From: Calditrichia bacterium
Lineage (GTDB): Bacteria; Calditrichota; Calditrichia; JAJRVZ01
Direction: 5' to 3'
NCBI GenBank assembly: GCA_963796965.1
Contig: CAWCNS010000004.1
Span: forward strand, 480,001 to 544,000
Length of the DNA: 64,000 bases
Shown: positions 52,622 to 62,913 of the stretch, piece after piece
Layout: each line of letters starts with the position of its first letter
Numbering within the stretch: the stretch's first letter is position 1
The notes under the pieces: generated by a model
The model's input: the letters and a program-made list of their open reading frames with translations, nothing else
What the model was told of the DNA's origin: nothing
Databases searched by the model: none
Translations under genes and position numbers: made by a program

Positions 52622-55225
52622 TTGAAAAATTATTTATTTCGACCAATTCTAACTAATATGCTGCTTTTAATTTGTCTAACTATAATGGCTTCATCTCTAT
52701 TCGCTGGTCTTCCTGATTCAATTGGTTTTCACAAGGCTGTTTACGATTCGAAAGGAAAATTACTCCCCTGGATACCCTGGTCCCATGCCTTGGTCCGCGA
52801 AATGGACTGGTATCAAAACTGCCCGATCGGGACAAATGGCTATCCGGTTTTAATCTATACAACCTTTATGACTCATAAATATATACCTTACCGTACGGAT
52901 ACCATTCCCTGTACGCAGTTAGGTATGGGCATTATTTCTTATCTTAAATATTTTTATTACACCGGTAGGGCGGATCCGAAAGTGTTAAAATGGGCTCGCT
53001 ATATGGGTGATTATCTAGTCAAGGAAACGTTGACACCCGCACAAGGAAAATATCCACGATTTACACGTTCAACCGGTCACCATACCGATTTTCCAATTCA
53101 GCGAAGTGCTCAGGGAGATGAAAAATTAGGGAAAAATGTCATCGAACCTGATAAGGGCGGCATTGCCGGGTATGCCCTTCTCCTGCTCTATGAAGCAACA
53201 CAAGAGGAGAAATATCTAAACCAGGCGATACATAATGCCGATTGCCTGAGGCAAAACATGCGTCAGGGAAATGCATTGCATTCACCCTGGCCGTTTCGTG
53301 TCGATGCGGTCACCGGCGAATATTGGGGCGAGCGAAGTGGAAATATGGTTTATATTCTTCGCCTGTTTGATAAATTAATTGATCATGGATATGATAGGTT
53401 TACAGAGTCTCGGAATGCTCTTTGGTCCTGGATACGAGATTATCAAATTCCGGCTCCGGATAGCCGTGAATCATCCCTATGGGTACAGTTTTTTGAAGAT
53501 ATGTCTCCCGATGATAACAGAAATTCATGGGCCCCTTTAAATATGGCCCGTTATCTGATTGAGCAAAAGGATAAACTGGATCCTGACTGGATGGCCCTGG
53601 CTGAAAAATGTATTCAATTTGCCCTCAAACATTTTGCGATTGAAAAACCTGGCGGTGTAACCTTAATGGGTGAACAGGATTCTGATAAACGTGAATGGGG
53701 GGGAGCCTGTTCTACCCTGGGTGGTGTGGCAGCAATGTTTTACGCCGCTGGTGGCGGTGAAGCGTATAAAGAAATTGCCTATCGTAATCTTAACTGGGTT
53801 ACTTATTTTATTGATAGTGATGGCGGACCGGCAGCCTTATGTGGCGCAGAAGGCTGGGAAAAAGGAAGTTGGCTGGAAGACTGCCACACGGATGTCGTAC
53901 ATAATTTTATTGATGCAATGAATGCAGTAAAAGAATGGAAAATATACCGATATCCAATACAAGAAGTTTCACTCAGTGACGAATTAAAAAATTTAAAGAC
54001 AGGTAAAATACTATGCTCTCATTTGGCCGTCTATGACAAGAATGGTTTGCTATTGCCCTGGACTTCCTGGCAAGATGCCCTTGCCCGGGAAATGGACTGG
54101 TATTTAAAATGTCCACTTGAAAACGGCTATCCACGATTTATGACGCATACCTTTATGGATGGTGATTACATACTATTCCGGGACTGGAAAACAATCATTG
54201 CTCCGACTCAAGATGGTATGGGGATTATTTCTTATTTAAAATACTATCATTATACTGGAAAAAAGAATCCTCAAATCCTTCTATTCGCAAAGTATATGGG
54301 CGATTATCTGGCCAAAGAGAATCTTACCCCAGAGACGGGTAAATATCCCTTGTTTTCTCGTTCGACGGGCTGGTCTGGAGCGGTTCCACAACCGCCTGAT
54401 TGTGGATCGCAAAGGGATCTCCCCTATGAGGTACAACCGGATAAGGCTGGCATCGCTGCTTATGCTTTGGCATTGCTCTATGAAGAAACAAAGGAAAAGA
54501 TCTACCTGGATCGGGCCTTGCAAGATGCCCGTGTACTTGTTGCAAATATGCGAAGTGGAAATGAGGTCCAATCGCCCTGGCCCTTTAGAGTTGATTATCG
54601 CACTGGGAAAAGTCGCGGAAAAGTGTCCGGGAATATGTCCTTTATTCTGCGCCTCTTTGATAAGCTGATCGAACTGGATTATGATGAGTTTAAAGAACCG
54701 CGTACTAAATTATGGAATTGGATACGGGATTACCAGATCCCAAATCTAACCCAGGATGGAATGCTGTGGGTGCAATTTTTCGAGGATCATGAGGAAACTG
54801 ACAACCGTACGGCCTGGGCTCCTTTAAATCTGGCACGTTATTTAATTGAGGAAAAAGAAACGATTGATCCGGACTGGCAGATCCATGTCAAAGCCTTGAT
54901 TGATTTTGTAAACAAAAACTACACAAGTATTTTCGATGGCGTCCTGGTATGTGGTGAACAAGATTATGATAAAAACCCCTGGGGTGGCATCCTCTCCACA
55001 TATGGGGCTGTACTGGCAATGTATTGCCGGGAAACGGGCTCGGAAGAATTTAAGGCAATTGCTTTTCAGGCCTTGAATTATGGTTTATATGCTACCTTTG
55101 ATGATGGTTGTGTCAGTGAATCTACGAGTCGTTTGCATCGGGGATATTGGCAGGAAGATTGTCATACGGACAAAATTCATAATTATATCGATGCGATGAA
55201 TGCTTTTCCGGAATGGGCGAAGTGA
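52622..55225 (+). CDS. Secreted protein made of two tandem homologous ~400-aa domains, putatively (alpha/alpha)-barrel
   Basis: Both halves share REMDWY, GMGIISYLKY, YMGDYL, PDK, SPWPFRVD, WVQFFED, WAPLN, GEQD, WGG and EDCHTD. Confidence 0.85.
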   Translation: MKNYLFRPILTNMLLLICLTIMASSLFAGLPDSIGFHKAVYDSKGKLLPWIPWSHALVREMDWYQNCPIGTNGYPVLIYTTFMTHKYIPYRTDTIPCTQLGMGIISYLKYFYYTGRADPKVLKWARYMGDYLVKETLTPAQGKYPRFTRSTGHHTDFPIQRSAQGDEKLGKNVIEPDKGGIAGYALLLLYEATQEEKYLNQAIHNADCLRQNMRQGNALHSPWPFRVDAVTGEYWGERSGNMVYILRLFDKLIDHGYDRFTESRNALWSWIRDYQIPAPDSRESSLWVQFFEDMSPDDNRNSWAPLNMARYLIEQKDKLDPDWMALAEKCIQFALKHFAIEKPGGVTLMGEQDSDKREWGGACSTLGGVAAMFYAAGGGEAYKEIAYRNLNWVTYFIDSDGGPAALCGAEGWEKGSWLEDCHTDVVHNFIDAMNAVKEWKIYRYPIQEVSLSDELKNLKTGKILCSHLAVYDKNGLLLPWTSWQDALAREMDWYLKCPLENGYPRFMTHTFMDGDYILFRDWKTIIAPTQDGMGIISYLKYYHYTGKKNPQILLFAKYMGDYLAKENLTPETGKYPLFSRSTGWSGAVPQPPDCGSQRDLPYEVQPDKAGIAAYALALLYEETKEKIYLDRALQDARVLVANMRSGNEVQSPWPFRVDYRTGKSRGKVSGNMSFILRLFDKLIELDYDEFKEPRTKLWNWIRDYQIPNLTQDGMLWVQFFEDHEETDNRTAWAPLNLARYLIEEKETIDPDWQIHVKALIDFVNKNYTSIFDGVLVCGEQDYDKNPWGGILSTYGAVLAMYCRETGSEEFKAIAFQALNYGLYATFDDGCVSESTSRLHRGYWQEDCHTDKIHNYIDAMNAFPEWAK

Positions 55226-55282
55226 AAATTAATGGTAATCAATTAATTAGAGAATAGATGTTATAAAAAGAGTGAGAAAAAC

Positions 55283-57712
55283 ATGAAATTAAAAATTATA
55301 ATCCTGGTGTTCCTGTTAGAGGTTCTATCTGTAGAATTAACCTCGGCTCAAAATGACTGGTCAATCATCGTTAGTAATGATCAACTCAAAGATGAAGCCA
55401 TAAATGTGGCTCTCAAAGATTTGATCAAAACAGGTGGCGATTACGCTATCTCTTTCAAGATAATTCAAACTCCGCCCCAAGATGGTACTTCTGCCATTGT
55501 TATAGGCAATGAAGAAAGAAATGACGCAGTGGGACAGATGATGTCTGATTATAATCTCGAGATGGAGGAGGTTGATCATCCAGAAGGATATACCATAAAA
55601 ACCTGGTCAAAAGATGAACAAAAAATTATTTTTATATCAGGTGGATCTGAACTCGGCGATACTTATGGATTATACTGGATTTGGGACCGGCTGCGGGTTA
55701 ATAAACAAATAACAGAAATCAATGTGCAAAGACAGCCCAGTCTTCCCATCAGGTATACACGGGTCAGGGTAAGATCTATCGAAGATATTCAGCGGGCACT
55801 TCGCTATGGACTAAACACAGTTTACCTTGGAGATCAGTTAGGACTTGGTGTTTGGGGTGTGGAGCCGGAGGATAGCGAGAATCAGGAAAATAGAGAGAAA
55901 ATTCAATTTCTCATTGATTATACCCATAAACTCCACATGAAATGCCTGGCCTTCGGAACAGAATTTACCTTTCATCCCCGCCTTTTAGAAGAATTTCAGG
56001 CCAGTCTCTCACCCTGTGATGAGAATTTATGGAAGGCTTTGCAGGAGAAATATCGACGCGTTCTTAACGCCTTACCAGATCTAGATGGCGTGGCGACATT
56101 CACGGGACCCGAACAAAGTTTCTGGGGAAATTATAAAAAATTTAATATCATGCATGGTGATTTGAGTTGTGAATGGCCGCTTGATAAACGCTATCGCACT
56201 TTTGTTAAAAAAGTACAGGAGGTGGTTGTCGGTGAATTTGGAAAAATTTATCATCACCGTACCTGGATGACCAATATGTTTGAGCAGCAGGCTCGCTATG
56301 AAGTATACAAAAAAATATTTACGGATGAAGTTCCGGTTGAGAATTTATATTTAATCCCAAGTTTTACTCAAAACGATCGCTGGTGGCATCAGCGTTACAA
56401 TCCAACTTTCAATCTAACCCCACATCAAATGTTGGCCGTTTTAGAACCCATGAACTATTATGAGAGTTCGAAATCCAATATTTTTCCAACCTATCCGGGG
56501 ATCTATTTTCAGGCGGGATTACAATCTGTTCTTGAAGTGCCGAACAGTAATCTGAAAGGACTCAGTTTTGACCTCTATAAGCCAGAGGATTTTAGAACTC
56601 CTCGTTTAACCGCTTACACCGTGTTCAGACTTGGGTGGGATTATATGGAAGATCCCCTGCAGATCGCAGAAGACTTTTGCGCCATATTTTTTGGTCCGGA
56701 AGTGGCGAAAGATATGGCAAAGATCTATATGCTTTCTCCGGTTGCGTATAAATATGGTTTGTTTATCGAACCGGTGGCCTATGGCGAGTTTAACTCATTG
56801 CCTCATATCAGAGTTGGGACATTCCCTGCCCAGGGTTATCCGGTTATCGATAATGGTAAAGAACACTTAGCATTCTGGAGAAAGATATATCTTCGATGTA
56901 AACCGTGGATTACAGAAACCTATGATGATCTTGACCACGGATTTGAGACAGCTAAAAAAATGCGGGACTTATATAAATCTGTGAAACCGCTTATTAAGGA
57001 TTCTGACTTGGCCCAGCAAGTTGAAACGACTCTGGAGATGACCTATCAGTTTATCCATACCAATAACTTATATGTCAGGACAGCATTCGCCTATTTTGCC
57101 TATCTGGATGATCCCTCTGCTGAAAATAAAATTATCTTGTCCAATACAACTAATTTTTTTAAAAATACGATCGGGGCATTTAAGTCTGTGCCAGAATTTA
57201 ATTATAAATTATTTGGTGTGGAGCAGATCCTTTTGAATGCTGATCAGATTTTGGCCGATCGCTCACTGGCAATGGAGCGATTAGAAAAATCGCCATCTTC
57301 AGAACGCATTGAACAATCGATTAAACAAATTCATGAGAAGTATACAAAGATTTTAAAAGACAGCGAGAGCAATTTAAAAAAGATCCTGCACTTTGAAGGT
57401 CAGATTGATGGAAGGGATATTCTTAAAATTAAGGGAGGCACCTATGAAATTGAACATCTTCGATGGGATCCACCCACGATAAAAGAATGTTCTTTTATCA
57501 ATTCGCTGCCAGAAATGGAAGGATCGCTCATTCTGAAAGTGATTCAATCACGACCGACTTTTCCATTTGTTTTACAACAACCTTCGAATGAAAATCACTA
57601 TACAGCCCAGATTTATATGTATGATATACCGGAGGGTCGGGATTGGGTGAAATTTGATCTGTACTATATTGATAAATCGCCCGAGGAACTTGGTTTGGTC
57701 GTTCCATGGTAA
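55283..57712 (+). CDS. Secreted hypothetical glycosidase-like protein with a hexosaminidase-domain-2-like N-terminus
   Basis: Signal peptide; EGYTIK...ISGGSELGDTYGLY is typical of GH20/67/115-type N-domains; followed by LPDLDGV and HHRTW. Confidence 0.6.
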   Translation: MKLKIIILVFLLEVLSVELTSAQNDWSIIVSNDQLKDEAINVALKDLIKTGGDYAISFKIIQTPPQDGTSAIVIGNEERNDAVGQMMSDYNLEMEEVDHPEGYTIKTWSKDEQKIIFISGGSELGDTYGLYWIWDRLRVNKQITEINVQRQPSLPIRYTRVRVRSIEDIQRALRYGLNTVYLGDQLGLGVWGVEPEDSENQENREKIQFLIDYTHKLHMKCLAFGTEFTFHPRLLEEFQASLSPCDENLWKALQEKYRRVLNALPDLDGVATFTGPEQSFWGNYKKFNIMHGDLSCEWPLDKRYRTFVKKVQEVVVGEFGKIYHHRTWMTNMFEQQARYEVYKKIFTDEVPVENLYLIPSFTQNDRWWHQRYNPTFNLTPHQMLAVLEPMNYYESSKSNIFPTYPGIYFQAGLQSVLEVPNSNLKGLSFDLYKPEDFRTPRLTAYTVFRLGWDYMEDPLQIAEDFCAIFFGPEVAKDMAKIYMLSPVAYKYGLFIEPVAYGEFNSLPHIRVGTFPAQGYPVIDNGKEHLAFWRKIYLRCKPWITETYDDLDHGFETAKKMRDLYKSVKPLIKDSDLAQQVETTLEMTYQFIHTNNLYVRTAFAYFAYLDDPSAENKIILSNTTNFFKNTIGAFKSVPEFNYKLFGVEQILLNADQILADRSLAMERLEKSPSSERIEQSIKQIHEKYTKILKDSESNLKKILHFEGQIDGRDILKIKGGTYEIEHLRWDPPTIKECSFINSLPEMEGSLILKVIQSRPTFPFVLQQPSNENHYTAQIYMYDIPEGRDWVKFDLYYIDKSPEELGLVVPW

Positions 57713-57721
57713 CTTTTATCA

Positions 57722-57930
57722 TTTCACGCAGTGACGCTACGCCGCAAAGAAAGAAAATATTTATTGAATAATAATTCACTAAAATGCCTTATGTTTTATA
57801 TGAGTATTCTAAGCACCTATTCCTCTTTAAGGGAAATGATTTATTTACCTTTAGGAGTATCAATCATGAATAATATTAACGAGATTTGAATCTTATTTAT
57901 TCGTTGCCGCTCTGCGTCGCTGCGAGAGAA
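57722..57930. repeat. Family C element
   Basis: TTTCACGCAGTGACGCTACGCCGCAAAGA ... CGTTGCCGCTCTGCGTCGCTGCGAGAGAA. Confidence 0.7.
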
Positions 57931-57949
57931 TAATCTACAGAAATGAGGG

Positions 57950-59210
57950 ATGATGAATTTTCATCGAATGTTTTTAATTCTATCATTACTATGCGGATTT
58001 TTAGTCAATACTGGACTCAGTCAACAATCAAATGATCATATGAAATGGTGGCATGAGGCACGTTTTGGGATGCTTATAACCTGGGGATTGTATGCCATTC
58101 CCGCGCATGGTGAATGGATTATGTACCAGGAACATATTCCTCTGGAGGAGTATAAGACTCCTCGCTGATCAGTTTAATCCTCAGAGTTATAACCCCGCGG
58201 AGTGGGTGGCCCTTGCTAAAGAAGCAGGGATGAAGTATATGGTCATCGTCACCCGTCACCACGATGGATTCTGTCTATTTGATAGTAAAGTATCAGATTT
58301 TACTTCAGTCAAAACGGCTGCCAAACGTGATATTATATCTGAATTTGCCGATGCCTGTCATGCTGCAGGCATGCGTTTAGGCCTCTATTATTCATTGGTT
58401 GACTGGCGTTTTCCTGGTGTCCTTCCCCATGGTAGGCGAGAAGCAGATGAAGTTTACAAACCGTTGGTCGACCAGGCCCACGCCCAGGTACGTGAATTAT
58501 TAACCAATTATGGTAAGGTTGATATTCTATGGTATGATATGCTCCAGCCTTACGATCCTGTGCTCTGGCGCTCCGAGGAATTAAATAAAACGGCTCGCCT
58601 GTTGCAACCGGGTATTATAATTAATGATCGGGCTGGTGTACCGGCTGATTTTGGGACGCCGGAGAATACAATCATTGCTCAGAACAATCCCTGGGAAGCG
58701 TGTTACGCCATGAATCGTACCTGGGGCTATTCGCGCTATGATCGTAATTATAAGCCGGTCCATGAACTTCTGCGCTTATTAGGTTCGTGTGCATCTCAAG
58801 GGGGGAATTTTCTGCTGAGTGTGGCACCTGATGCAGATGGGCGAATTGACGTTGAATCTGTGGAACGATTGCGATCGATCGGAAAATGGATGAAAACCAA
58901 TGGTAAGGCTATATATGGGGCAGGTCCATCTCCGATAGGTGCACCGAATCTGGGTATGGAAAGCCGGGTTGGTGATAAAGTTTATCTTCTTATGCAACGC
59001 TGGCCGGGTTCAACAGTACCGCTTGCCTGGTTTGGCAGCAAAGTGACCTCCGCTATTCTTTTGGCTAACGGGCAACGGGCAAGAATCGAACAAAAGGGTG
59101 ATCGCGTCTGGTTACACGATTTACCTGCTTATCCTGTTGATCCATATCTAAATGTGATTGAATTAAATTTTGAAGATCAACCCCGGGCGTCAACTCCTGC
59201 TTACAGATAA
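57950..59210 (+). CDS. GH29 alpha-L-fucosidase family protein, copy 1; frameshift near 58150
   Basis: WWHEARFGMLITWG...GEW in ORF 57950 joins RHHDGF, YYSLVDW, ILWYD, INDR and DFGTPE in ORF 58092. Confidence 0.9.
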
Positions 59211-59313
59211 ATTTATTCCTGCTAAGTAAGGATCCAATCCTGAGTATACGGGAGGTTGTTTAAATGTACAATGCAAATGTGTATCATAATGTTTATAGAT
59301 TTCCAAAAGAGAA

Positions 59314-60594
59314 ATGAGGTCGACTGTGCGCAATTTATTTTCTGCTTCCCGGATTGTATTTTATTTAACCTATTTCTGTTTAATTATGTTTTATACCAGC
59401 CTGGGCCAGGCTTCTGATGAACGCATGCAGTGGTGGCACGAGGCCCGTTTTGGCATGTTTATCCACTGGGGTGTCTATGCCATACCCGCCCACGATGCCT
59501 GGATTATGTACCAGGAACATGTCCCTTTTGATGAGTACAAAAAACTTGCTGAGCAGTTTGATCCTCAGAATTATAACCCGGCCGAATGGGTGGCATTGGC
59601 CAAAGAAGCTGGAATGAAATACATGGTCATCACAACTAGGCATCATGATGGCTATTGTCTGTTTGATAGTAAAGTTTCCGATTTCACCTCGACAAAAACA
59701 GCTGCAAAACGAGATCTAATTGCTGAATTCGCCGATGCCTGTCATGAGGCTGATATGCCTTTAGGTTTTTACTATTCATTGGTTGATTGGCGATTTCCTG
59801 GTGTTTTGCCCCATGGTACACGGGAGGCCGATGAGGTCTATAAACCCTTAGTCGACCAGGCTCATGCCCAGGTGAAGGAACTCTTAACCAATTATGGTAA
59901 AGTTGATATTCTCTGGTATGACATGCTCCAGCCATATGATCCGGTGTTATGGCGCTCAGAGGAATTGAATAAAATGGCCCGCCAGTTACAACCGGATATC
60001 ATCATCAATGACCGGGCCGGTGTGCCTGCTGATTTTGGCACACCGGAAAACAGGATTGTTGCCCAGGACAATCCCTGGGAAGCTTGTTATTCAATGAATC
60101 GTTCCTGGGGGTACACACGATATGACCGGAATTTTAAACCGGTTCATGAACTGATCCGGTTACTGAGCTCCTGTGCTTCGCAGGGAGGTAATTTTTTGCT
60201 CAACGTAGCACCGGATGCAGATGGAAAGATCGATGTTGAATTCATTGAACCATTAAGGGCAATGGGGTCCTGGATGAAAACCAATGGCAAGGCAATTTAT
60301 GGGGCCGGACCCTCTCCCATCGGAGCGCCAAATCTTGGAATGGAAAGCCGCGTGGGTGATAAGGTATATTTACTTATGCAGCGTTGGCCCGGTTCAACTA
60401 TTCCGCTTGCCTGGTATGGTAGTAAAGTAACATCGGCTATTCTTCTGGCCAACGGACAAAAAGCCAGAATCGAACAGAGAGGTGATCGTGTATGGCTGCA
60501 TGATCTACCTGCCTATCCAATAGATCCCTATCTTAATGTAATCGAACTTCAGTTTGACGGCACGCCACGAAAATCTTCTCCTGCCTACAGGTGA
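59314..60594 (+). CDS. GH29 alpha-L-fucosidase family protein, copy 2
   Basis: WWHEARFGMFIHWG, RHHDGY, ILWYD, INDR, DFGTPE, GGNFLLNV. Confidence 0.93.
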   Translation: MRSTVRNLFSASRIVFYLTYFCLIMFYTSLGQASDERMQWWHEARFGMFIHWGVYAIPAHDAWIMYQEHVPFDEYKKLAEQFDPQNYNPAEWVALAKEAGMKYMVITTRHHDGYCLFDSKVSDFTSTKTAAKRDLIAEFADACHEADMPLGFYYSLVDWRFPGVLPHGTREADEVYKPLVDQAHAQVKELLTNYGKVDILWYDMLQPYDPVLWRSEELNKMARQLQPDIIINDRAGVPADFGTPENRIVAQDNPWEACYSMNRSWGYTRYDRNFKPVHELIRLLSSCASQGGNFLLNVAPDADGKIDVEFIEPLRAMGSWMKTNGKAIYGAGPSPIGAPNLGMESRVGDKVYLLMQRWPGSTIPLAWYGSKVTSAILLANGQKARIEQRGDRVWLHDLPAYPIDPYLNVIELQFDGTPRKSSPAYR

Positions 60595-60828
60595 AGTATG
60601 TATATTGAATAGAAGTAAAATTGAAAGAATCTTTCTTGATATGAAATAATTATTTATATTCAAAGGTACCATATAGGACTAATTGGGAAATCGTTTGCCT
60701 GCCTCAGTGGAATTTTATTGATCTTATAGATTTATTGCAGAAATTGTATGAAAGTCATTTATTTCTATAAGAAATATCTCAGTCGGATCATAAAATTCAA
60801 TTTCCAGATTGTATCGACATTTTAAAAT

Positions 60829-62887
60829 ATGAATGAAGGAGATCAAATGAACTATAACGTACGTCGTTTATCGATGTTATATATTATTATCATTTTTCTT
60901 TCTTTTATGAGTATTCAACTACTCCCGGCTCAACAAGTACCAACCACCGACAGGGTAGAAGGAAAATACAAATTACCAAATATCGTTCCGGCACTTGACA
61001 GTCAAGATGATCTCCCCCTAATGACCAATGCCACGTCCTATATACCCGTTAATGATTACACTTTCACCGAACATATACGTGGCCTAATGACAGAGGAAGA
61101 AAAAAAGGAAGTAAAGGATCAATTTGACAAGAAATTGAATTTGCCTGGTATTGAATATATGCCGGATCTCTCATCAGATCACATCACTTCTATGGCCATT
61201 ACCAACGGAATCCGCTGGATTGGTACAAAGGTGGGGTTGTACAAACAACCAGAAAATTCAAAAAAAGCAGAGCGATTGGTCCATTACGGTCATCGCGGTC
61301 CCCTGGCTACAGAGATCACCGCTTTAGCAAATGATTCCCATGGCATATTATATGTGGGAACACCGGTTGGATTAAGTATCTTAGATCCGGAAGGAACCTG
61401 GAAATCCATTCAGGGGAGACAGGGCTTACCTGTTGAACATATCACAGCCTTGTCTATTGATAAAAATGATCGCCTTTGGATCGGAACCACACACGGGGCT
61501 GTACTTTATACACCTTATGAAGAAGGTCGCCAATGGTATTACCGTGCCGGTAAGAGGTATTTAATAGATGACAGGGTAAATAATATTTATATTTCAATAG
61601 AAGGTATGCCTGTATATTTTAATACAGATGAAGGCATTAGCAAAATCGAAGGTATTAATATGACCTTGTTAATGAAAGCAGAAAAAATTGAAGATCGTAC
61701 TAATAAATGGCATCGCCGTTTGGGTCTCGTGGCCGCCTGTCTGCTCGATAATGCTGAAAATCCAACCTCATATACCATTGGAGATAACGACAATGATGGT
61801 TTATGGACGGCCTATCATGTGGTCGCCATGTCTTTAGCTTATGGTGCAACGGGGGAAAAATTGTATCTTGAATCGGCAAAAAAGGGCATGCATGCTTTAG
61901 TAATGCTTCAAAATGCATCTGGTATCCCGGGATTGGTTGCACGCAGTGTGGTCACCGATAGAGGAAGGTAGGAGATAAAAGTCCGCAATGGCGTCCTACA
62001 CCGGATGGTAAAATGCTTTGGAAAAGTGATACTTCCAGCGATGAGATTGATGGTCATTTTTTCGCCTTTTATGCTTACTGGCAGCATATCGCCCGGCATG
62101 ATCCAAAGGAATCTGCTTTGATCCTGAAACAAACCAGGACCGTGATGGACTATATCGTTGATAATAACTACCAATTGATTGACTGGGACGGGAAGGCACC
62201 CGTTGGGGATTCTGGAATCCAGAGATTCTTAATGATGATCCGGAACATTATATTGAAAATGGCTTAAACGCTGCACAGATTCTATCATTTTTAAAAGTAT
62301 CGTACCATATCACCGGGGATCAAAAATTTAAGAAGCATTTTGATAAGCTCATTGTCGAACATGGGTATCTGGGAAATGTCCTGTTAGAAAAGAAGGTGTT
62401 TCCCGATGAAAATAATCATTCCGACAACCAATTAGGATTCTGTGCGTTATATCCCTGGCTTCAGTTAGAGAAGGACCCAAAAGTCAGACAAGCGTTGCAA
62501 CAAGCCGTTCGCAGACATTATAAAACGTTGTGGCGGGATGGATCCAGTTTCTTTTATTTTGCTGCGGCCACCATTGATCCTGATTTTGTTGATATCAAGT
62601 CGGCTGTTCAGTATCTGCGCGATACACCAACCGATCGTCGGCAATGGCGAATGATGAACAGCCAACGTGCAGATATCATCTGGAATCCCAATCTGAGCCG
62701 TTTTGGCAAACCGCAATTATTGCAGGTACTGCCCCCGGACGAACGAAATTGGGCTAAATGGAACGGAAATCCCTATTATCCCGATGGTGGCGGAGACGGC
62801 CGCGTGGAAGATGATGGCGCCTCATGGTTACTTGGCTATTGGATGGGTAGGTACCATGGATTTATTGATGGGGAGGAGGGCAATTAA
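60829..62887 (+). CDS. Secreted propeller plus uncharacterised helical domain protein (paralog 3 of 3); frameshifts near 61960 and 62195
   Basis: Shorter propeller; DNDNDGLWT, GLVARS, WKSDTSSDE, TRWGFWNP, NGLNAAQILSFLK, WNGNPY, WLLGYWMGRY across three ORF fragments. Confidence 0.8.
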
Positions 62888-62913
62888 AATTTACTTATAT
62901 AGGAAATTATACA

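Noticed and set aside
290..57930. Intergenic repeats as a CRISPR array
   Set aside because: They are dispersed and degenerate, not regularly spaced direct repeats with unique spacers, and no cas genes are present.
57950..60594. GH29 duplication as an assembly artefact
   Set aside because: The copies differ at many synonymous positions and have different signal peptides and flanks.
981..62716. Numerous 60-170 aa antisense or alternate-frame ORFs within long genes
   Set aside because: They have no recognisable motifs and overlap well-supported genes; only fragments that rebuild frameshifted genes were used.
501..62887. Programmed frameshifting, stop-codon recoding or selenocysteine as the cause of split genes
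   Set aside because: The breaks I examined are frame changes rather than in-frame stops, they share no slippery motif, and intact genes end normally at TAA, TAG and TGA.
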